Source: Octopus sinensis
Taxonomy: Eukaryota
Length of the DNA stretch: 13,522 nucleotides
Assembly (NCBI RefSeq): GCF_006345805.1
Contig: NW_021826085.1
Location: 1-13,522, forward strand
Direction of reading: 5' to 3'
A model generated the notes under the pieces. The model ran no database searches, was not told the DNA's origin, and saw only the letters and a list, made by a program, of their open reading frames with translations. The position numbers were made by a program, and so were the translations under genes. Shown here piece after piece: positions 1 to 6,443 of the stretch (the stretch's first letter is position 1; each line of letters starts with the position of its first letter).

Positions 1-148
1 ATATATATACATATGTGTGTGTTCGTCTTTGCACCCGTATGTGTATGTGTGGGTTACCGTTCTCGTGTGTGTGTGCATTATTAATTACATTTTCATCCTT
101 AATAAATTAGAACAACAATATTTTCCAATTTCCAGAATGTGAACAAGT

Positions 149-202
149 AAATACGGTATTCAATAACGAAAGAATTATCTTTCGTTATTGAATACCGCAT
201 TT
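149..202. other. Perfect 20-bp inverted repeat (hairpin) with 4-nt loop
   Basis: 154-173 CGGTATTCAATAACGAAAGA is the exact reverse complement of 178-197; loop ATTA; pairing extends to 149/202 past one mismatch. Confidence 0.9.
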
Positions 203-306
203 CTTTCATTATATTGAAAACCAATACAGCTGCTACAAAGTGTTTCTCTTCTCTCCCCCCATATAATTACTATATATAAATTGCATGTGCACAGCACTGA
301 CTTGCG

Positions 307-355
307 GACCCGTGTTTCGCGGTTTCGGTTTTTTATTTTTGTGTTCCTTTTCAAG
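307..355 (-). ncRNA. Weak hammerhead-like motif (variant core, no convincing stem I)
   Basis: Minus strand reads CTTGAAAAGG-17 nt A-rich-CCGAAACCGCGAAACACGGGTC, resembling the motif at 9873-9898; stem I pairing not found. Confidence 0.2.
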
Positions 356-487
356 TATGTTTCTTTATTTTTTTTTCAAATTTTAATATTTCTATTTTCG
401 TAATCAGTGGATTTATTTCACTAGAATGCTTATATGTTTGCAAAGGCTAGATAGGAGGCATGTCCAACTAGCAGGCCATGCTACTTC

Positions 488-519
488 AGACTGATGACGA
501 GCAAACCATCAGAAACTAG

Positions 520-524
<5 letters not shown>
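488..524 (+). ncRNA. Candidate minimal type I hammerhead ribozyme (orphan, probably degenerate)
   Basis: AGA-CTGATGA(491-497)-stem II region(498-511)-GAAA(512-515)-C-TA-G-TC(521)-TCT. Canonical core, palindromic ACTAGT stem III, 3-bp stem I; stem II closes with a C-A mismatch. Confidence 0.5.
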
Positions 525-553
<29 letters not shown>

Positions 554-657
554 ATATATATTATATATTATATATATATATAATATATTATATATATATG
601 TGTGTATATATATATATATCTATATATATATAATATATTATATATATATATATATAT
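522..657. repeat. Compound (CT)n-(TA)n microsatellite
   Basis: Direct reading. Confidence 0.95.
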
Positions 658-1068
658 ATTCAACAACAATTGAGAACGGCCTCAATAGGCCATTCGACCC
701 ACTAGAAAGAGCAGCCAGGACTCAAACCGCCAAGTAGTTGTAATTCAGAAATTAAAGAAATTAAAAAAACATTTACCCTATTCATCTTTAAACAATGCAT
801 TGTTTCGACGTTTTTAATTTTAATGCAAACAGCCTAATTAAATTAATATAAACTTAATCAAGTCAATCTACCAATGGTTCGTCTCATTGGTAAAGAAGCC
901 AGGAGGAGCAGATATACACGGTCTAAAGATGAATAGGGTAAATGTTTTTTAATTTTTTTTTTTTTCCTTTAATTCTGAATTACTACTACTTGGGGCGTTT
1001 GGAGTCCTGGCTGCTCTCTAGTGGGTTGAATGGCCTATTGAGGCCGTTCCTCAATTGTGTTGTTGAAT
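658..1068. mobile_element. MITE-like element with ~130-145 bp terminal inverted repeats, flanked by (TA)n
   Basis: 658-790 (ATTCAACAACAATTGAGAACGGCCTCAATAGGCC...TACCCTATTCATCTTTA) is the imperfect reverse complement of 924-1068; non-coding ~130 bp interior. Confidence 0.8.
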
Positions 1069-1694
1069 TTATATATATAGTCTCTGACTATTTTTTTTTC
1101 TCACTAGGACCGCTGTGGCGAAAAATTTCTATTGAATTTTTTGCTACCCTATATTGATTAATATATATATATATATATATATATTATGTTAATTTATAAT
1201 TTTTCACGGAATAGTTCAATACTGAATTTTTTTCGACTAGAAATTTGTTACCGAATGCATTGCGAATAGCCCGCCATTTTCATAGATATGTAAGATAAAA
1301 CATTCGTACATGCTACGACGAATTCTACGTTGGCTATCGAGCTTGTAATGTTATGTTTTTCTCTTATATTCTTGAGTTTGTTGCACTGATGAACATGAAA
1401 TGCATATTCTGCATTAATGCGAAATCACATGTGATATGTAACTGAATTCTTTTTTAAAATGATGTGTTTTGAAGTTTTGCATTCGGTAAAATTTTGTTTA
1501 TTTTTAGTAGTTTTGACCGCATTGGTCCCTCTTAGCGTGTTGGTATCTACGAATAGTAGTACCCTCAATATAATATAAATGAATATTTTCAAAGAGGAAG
1601 AATAACGGATTTTTTTCTCTACGAGGTTTTTCACGCTGACTACTGATAATTTCTTTTAAGATTTTATCCTCAATTGTTATTAATATATATATAT

Positions 1695-2058
1695 ATATAA
1701 TTTACAAGATAAGGGCAAACGAAACATTCTAATGCCAAATATGCCGAAAAAAAGACAAAAATTGTCAATAACCATTATAATTTATGCGTCTCGAAATAAA
1801 CCGATAGAAATTTCTAAAAAAATCCGTTATTACCGTAGTGGTCCCAATTTCGGGGTTAATTCATAAGAATTTTCCCCTATATATATATTCTTATGAGTTA
1901 ACCCCGAAATTGGGACCAATACGATAATAACGGATTTTTTAGAAATTTCTATCGGTTTATTTCGAGGACGATAAATTATAATGGTTATTGACAATTTTTG
2001 CCTTTTTTTCGGCATATTTGGCATTAGAATTTTCTTTTGCCCTTATCTTGTTAATTAT
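1695..2058. mobile_element. Foldback (near-palindromic) element, ~175 bp arms with 16-nt loop, embedded in (TA)n
   Basis: ~1695-1870 is the reverse complement of 1887-~2058 with fewer than ~10 differences by eye; loop 1871-1886. Confidence 0.85.
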
Positions 2059-2074
2059 ATATATATATTATATA

Positions 2075-2132
<58 letters not shown>

Positions 2133-2155
2133 TGTATGTATTGTATGTATGTATG
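2056..2155. repeat. (TA)n-(TATG)n microsatellite
   Basis: Direct reading. Confidence 0.95.
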
Positions 2156-2159
2156 CTAG

Positions 2160-2280
2160 CAACACCATCACCACTGTCACCACCACACTGCCACCAACTC
2201 TACCGGCATAACCATCACTACCACAACCCATCACCTCGACGACAACGGCGACCACTACCATCACAACCACCACCACATTA
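2160..2280. repeat. Degenerate (ACC)n-like array
   Basis: ACC/ACT/ATC/ACA triplets. Confidence 0.8.
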
Positions 2281-2294
2281 TACATCAAACATAT

Positions 2295-2450
2295 CACCTG
2301 ATGTGAGCGAATCAACCAATCACATGATGCTAAGTCATTTGTTCCGCACCAGCGATTATCTGATTGGCCGTACCTGTTGAACATGTGACATTGATTGCAA
2401 CGACGTCAGCTGACCGGGTCAGCTGCTTTCGATTTTAATTTGATTAGCCA
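2295..2450. promoter_or_regulatory. Candidate cis-regulatory island (CCAAT, E-box and CRE-like motifs; 19-bp palindrome)
   Basis: CCAAT 2316-2320, ATTGG 2363-2367, CACCTG, CACATG, CATGTG, GACGTCA 2402-2408, CAGCTGACC-G-GGTCAGCTG 2407-2425. Motif content only. Confidence 0.3.
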
Positions 2451-2477
2451 TCTTCTCAACCATTGTCCGCAAACCTA

Positions 2478-3012
2478 CAACACCAACCCTACCACCACCA
2501 AAACTACCACCACCAACACTACCACCACCACTACCACCACCAACACTACCACCACAAGCACCACCACCATTACCACCACCAACACTACCACCACCACCAC
2601 CATTACCACCACCAATACTACCACCACCAACACCACTACCACCACCAACACCACCACCACTACCACAACCACCACTACCACCACCACCACTACCATCACT
2701 ACCACCACTACCACCAACACTACCACCACCACCACCAACACCACCACCAACACTACCTCTACTACCACCACCACCACTACCACCACCACCACTACCACCA
2801 CCAACACTACCACCACCACGACCATTACCACCACCAACACTACCACCACCACCACCACCACCACCACCACCACCACTACCACCACCAATACTACCACCAC
2901 CAACACCAACACCACAAATACCACCACCACCAATACCACCACCAACACTACCACCACCAAAACTACCACCACCACCACCACTACCACCACCCACACTACC
3001 ACCGCCGCCACC
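2478..3012. repeat. Long degenerate (ACC/ACT/AAC)n trinucleotide array
   Basis: Direct reading; explains the poly-Thr, His, Gly and Val ORFs. Confidence 0.95.
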
Positions 3013-3100
3013 TTCACTGTAACCTCCTAGAACGTTCAGGTTGTTTACAGCATGTATGTGTTTACTCCAAATTCTAGAAATATCGGCCGAACCAAATCGA

Positions 3101-3240
3101 AGAAGCTTGTTCACCAGCCACATGGTTCCGGGTTCTCACCCACTGCGTGGCACCTTGGGCAAGTGTCTTCTGCTATAGCGTCGAGCCGACCAAAGCCTTG
3201 TGAGTGGATGTGGTAGACGGAAACTGAAAGAAGTCCGTCG
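3101..3240 (+). mobile_element. tRNA-derived SINE (octopus OK-like), 5'-truncated, followed by (TA)n
   Basis: CCACTGCGTGGCACCTTGGGCAAGTGTCTTC...GGTAGACGGAAACTGAAAGAAGTCCGTCG aligns with the reverse complements of 10090-10254 and 5993-6155. Confidence 0.85.
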
Positions 3241-3261
3241 TATATATATATATATATATAT

Positions 3262-3538
3262 ATGTTTCCAGATGTGAATTATTCAAACCCCAAAGAATCC
3301 CTCTCAACACACGGCTATGATGCTCCCCCACTACTTCTGTTCGTGATGAGAGATGTCTATGTCGTCAGCCACTAAGGGACATGCTCAACTGGTTACAGTC
3401 AAACAACTGACAAGCAAATCTGTGGTATTGAGCAGAATATTTGCTGTAGGCCATCTTTTATACCAAGACAAAACAATGTAGATGATACAACTTCCAGTCA
3501 GTTAAGATCAGAAGCCACGAGAGCCACTGCCTGGTACT
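3262..3538. mobile_element. Partial copy of an unclassified ~550 bp (ATT)n-flanked repeat
   Basis: Aligns with ~3911-4187 and 5335-5568. Confidence 0.85.
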
Positions 3539-3539
3539 A

Positions 3540-3633
<94 letters not shown>

Positions 3634-3646
3634 TTATATTATTATT
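3539..3646. repeat. (ATT)n microsatellite
   Basis: Direct reading. Confidence 0.95.
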
Positions 3647-4197
3647 GAGTGAGAGAGCAGTGCATGCCATCAAAGTGACACTGGGGTAAAATATACGAAG
3701 CCCATATACCCATCATGACTACCCGTCTGATAAGGGCACACCAGGCACATGCATCACAACCATATGTGCGCGACATGGTGATCTCATATCAAGATAAACA
3801 GCACATGACCTTGCGGTGGGTCCCATTTAGAATTTATTCAGGTTGAGTAGCCCATCCCGCTCAAAAGGTCCCTGAATAAGGGTTGTTTAAGTATGTTGAA
3901 AGAACCACCCATGTTTCCAGAGGTGAATTATTCAAACCCCAAAGAATCCCTCTCAACACATGGCTATGATGCTCCTCCACTACTTCTGCTCGTGATCAGA
4001 GATGCACATATCGTCAGCCACTAAAGGACATGCTCAACTGGTTAAGGTCAAACAACTGACAAGCAAATCTGTGGTATTGAGCAGAATATTTGCTGTAGCC
4101 CATCTTTTATACCAAGACAAAACAATGTACATGATAACACTTCCAATCAGTTAAGATCAGAAGCCATGAGAGCAACTGCCTGGTACTGCATCAGGGC
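3647..4197. mobile_element. Longest copy of the unclassified ~550 bp repeat (probable non-autonomous retroposon; (AAT)n tail if read on minus strand)
   Basis: GAGTGAGAGAGCAG...CTGGTACTGCATCAGGGC; ~95% similar by eye to 5070-5568; no coding capacity seen. Confidence 0.8.
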
Positions 4198-4265
4198 ATT
4201 TACTATTATTATCATTATTATTATTATTATTATAATTATAATAATAATTATTATTATTATTATTA

Positions 4266-4329
<64 letters not shown>

Positions 4330-4347
4330 CATTATTATTATTATTAT
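4198..4347. repeat. (ATT)n microsatellite
   Basis: Direct reading. Confidence 0.95.
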
Positions 4348-4450
4348 CTCAACTACTGCAACAAATCATGTTTGTACATTCAAAAGTTATAAAAAAGAAA
4401 CGCAAAAAGAAAACAAAATCTTTTTAAAAGACGAACTAAAAAAAAAACTA
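4348..4450. repeat. Diverged direct repeat, copy 1 (paralogue of 5748-5850)
   Basis: CTCAACTACTGCAACAAATCATGTTTGTACATTCAAAAGTTA vs CTCAACAACTGCAACAAATCGTGTTGTACATTGAAAAGTTA. Confidence 0.8.
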
Positions 4451-4739
4451 CCGTAAATTAATCTTTGCACATCTAGAAACGATGAATTTAAATGTTACTA
4501 CATGAGTATCATATACAAACGGTGAGTTTATAAAAGGAAAGCTAAAATATCCCCGAGTTAAACGAAATTATATAACGTTATAACGTTATACTCCATGGAT
4601 ATCGTATTCTCGTAAGAAGAATCTTATTTTTAAATATTTGTAACGGCATCTGTTTATAAATACACTTCAAACATATCTGCTGTTCTGTGAAAAATTATAA
4701 GAAGTATTGACGGAGATCTTGTTTGAAAATCTTTTACAG

Positions 4740-4799
4740 GGCCTTATAAAGAAGTTCCTACAACCAAATATGACGGAGCGAAGAGCAATCGTGATTCCG
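4740..4799 (+). other. Possible 60-nt exon of an unknown transcript
   Basis: Preceded by TCTTTTACAG and followed by GTAAAA; open in two frames (GPYKEVPTTKYDGAKSNRDS or GLIKKFLQPNMTERRAIVIP); perfect GTGAGT donor upstream at 4522. Confidence 0.2.
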
Positions 4800-4894
4800 G
4801 TAAAACGAAGGAGAGAGAAGGAGAAAAAATGGCTGCCTCTCGTTCGCTGCCAGTTTTATCGAAATTGTAAAAACTTACAGACGATATCTTATTG

Positions 4895-4947
4895 TTTTCT
4901 ACTCTAGGCACAAGGCCCGAAATTTGGGGGAGAAAGGGCCAGTCGAT
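4895..4947 (-). mobile_element. Short fragment of a second octopus SINE-like family
   Basis: TTTCTACTCTAGGCACAAGGCCCGAAATTTGGGGGAG...GGCCAGTCGATTA, recognised from memory; single copy in this window. Confidence 0.45.
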
Positions 4948-5025
4948 TACCAAGACAAAACAATGTACATGATAACACTTCCAATCAGTTAAGATCAGAA
5001 GCCACGAGAGCCACTGTCTGGTACT
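4948..5025. mobile_element. Short terminal fragment of the ~550 bp repeat
   Basis: TACCAAGACAAAAC...CTGGTACT; same endpoint as 3262-3538. Confidence 0.85.
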
Positions 5026-5069
5026 ATTTTTATTATTATTATCATTATTATTATTATATTATTATTATT

Positions 5070-5658
5070 GAGTGAGAGAGCAGTTCATGCCATCAAAGTG
5101 ACACTGGGGTAAAATATACGAAGCCCAATATACCCATCATGACTACCCGTCTGATAAGGGCACACCAGGCACATGCATCACAACCTATGTGCGCGACATG
5201 GTGATCTCATATCAAGATAAACAGCACATGACCTTGCAGGTGGGGCCAGTTAGAATTTCTTCAGGTTGAGTAGCCCATCTCGCTCAAACGGTCCCTGAAT
5301 AAGGGTTGTTTAAGGATGTTGAAATAACCACCCATGTTTCCAGAGGTGAATTATTCAAACCCCAAAGAATCCCTCTCAACACATGGCTATGATGCTCCCC
5401 CACTACTTCTGCTCGTGATCAGAGATGCACATATCGTCAGCCCTAAGAGACATGCTCAACTGGTTAAGGTCAACACTGACAAGCAAATCTGTGGTATTGA
5501 GCAGAATATTTGCTGTAGCCCATCTTTTATACCAAGACAAAACAATGTACATGATAACACTTCCAATCGTACATGATAACACTTCCAATCGTACATGATA
5601 ACACTTCCAATCAAGTACATGATAACACTTCCAATCGTACATGATAACACTTCCAATC
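5070..5658. mobile_element. Second long copy of the ~550 bp repeat, truncated and ending in a 22-bp tandem array
   Basis: Colinear with 3647-4146. Confidence 0.85.
5547..5658. repeat. Five identical copies of GTACATGATAACACTTCCAATC (22 bp)
   Basis: Copies start at 5547, 5569, 5591, 5615 and 5637; AA is inserted between copies 3 and 4. Confidence 0.95.

Positions 5659-5746
<88 letters not shown>
5659..5746. repeat. Compound (ATT)n-(AGT)n microsatellite
   Basis: Direct reading. Confidence 0.95.
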
Positions 5747-5747
5747 T

Positions 5748-5850
5748 CTCAACAACTGCAACAAATCGTGTTGTACATTGAAAAGTTACAGACAAAAAAA
5801 CGCAAAGAAAAATTATTTTCAGAAGACGAACTTTTTTTAAAGACAGTTCA
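5748..5850. repeat. Diverged direct repeat, copy 2 (paralogue of 4348-4450)
   Basis: By-eye alignment. Confidence 0.8.
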
Positions 5851-6155
5851 CTTATTTTATTGGTCTCCTTTACCGAACCGCAAATGTTACACGGACGTAA
5901 ACCAACCGACACCGGTTGTCAAGCGGTCGTAGGGAACAAACAAAAACACAAGTTCACTCACATATACGTATGTATTCACAACGGATATACACACGAAGGG
6001 ATTCTTTCAGTTTTCGTCCATCTGATCCCCTAACAACGCTTCAGTCAGCCCATAGCTTCTGTAGAAGACATTTGCCCAAGAGATGCCACGCAGTGGGATC
6101 GAACCCGGAACTTTGTGGTTGAGAAGCAAACTTCTTGCGACACAGCCACGCCTCC
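5850..6155 (-). mobile_element. Older bipartite tRNA-derived SINE copy (OK-like head plus 3' module)
   Basis: B box GGTTCGATCC (minus strand, 6096-6105); head 5993-6155 aligns with 10090-10254; 5850-5945 aligns with ~6303-6395. Confidence 0.75.
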
Positions 6156-6195
6156 ATCTTTATCTTTCCAAAGCCCACTTAACTTCTCTATAGAA

Positions 6196-6412
6196 TTACT
6201 CTTTTACTCTTTACTTGTTTCAGTCATGTGACTGTGGCCATGCTGGAGCACCGCCTTTAGTCGAGCAAATCGACCCCAGGACTTATTCTTTGTAAGCCTA
6301 GTACTTATTCTATTGGTCTCCTTTGCCGAACTGCTAAGTTACGGGGACGTAAACACGCCAGTATCGGTTGTCAAGCGATGTTGGGGAGACAATCACAGAC
6401 ACACAAACATAT

Positions 6413-6443
<31 letters not shown>
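6196..6443 (-). mobile_element. 3' module of a bipartite SINE, separated from its head by the PLE
   Basis: Homologous to 5850-5945; (AAGAGT)n-like tail on minus strand; ends in CA/TA repeats that abut the PLE. Confidence 0.75.

Noticed and set aside
942-2211. 60-76 aa ORFs in the inverted-repeat region as transposase remnants
   Set aside because: No DDE or DNA-binding motifs; short AT-rich chance ORFs.
3042-3065. Two forkhead-type TGTTTAC sites
   Set aside because: Short AT-rich motifs expected by chance; no supporting context.
2395-3123. Poly-Thr (mucin-like), poly-Gly, poly-His and poly-Val ORFs of 180-234 aa
   Set aside because: Several frames on both strands are open because the (ACC)n array rarely generates stops; no domain or convincing splice context.
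3647-4197. Hammerhead or HDV-like ribozyme in the ~550 bp repeat (CTGACGA and CCCTGATGC on minus strand)
   Set aside because: Could not complete the cores or helices by eye; an Infernal search would be needed to exclude it.
5547-5658. CRISPR-like array
   Set aside because: Repeats are directly adjacent with no unique spacers, derive from a eukaryotic repeat, and no cas genes are present.
5993-6155. tRNA genes at the A/B-box-like motifs (also 10090-10254)
   Set aside because: No cloverleaf; motifs lie in multi-copy SINE heads.
6378-6443. ATG 6378 as start of a 733-aa protein
   Set aside because: The first 22 codons come from antisense SINE and (CA)/(TA) repeat; in-frame fusion is probably chance, and the product would stop before the catalytic DD.
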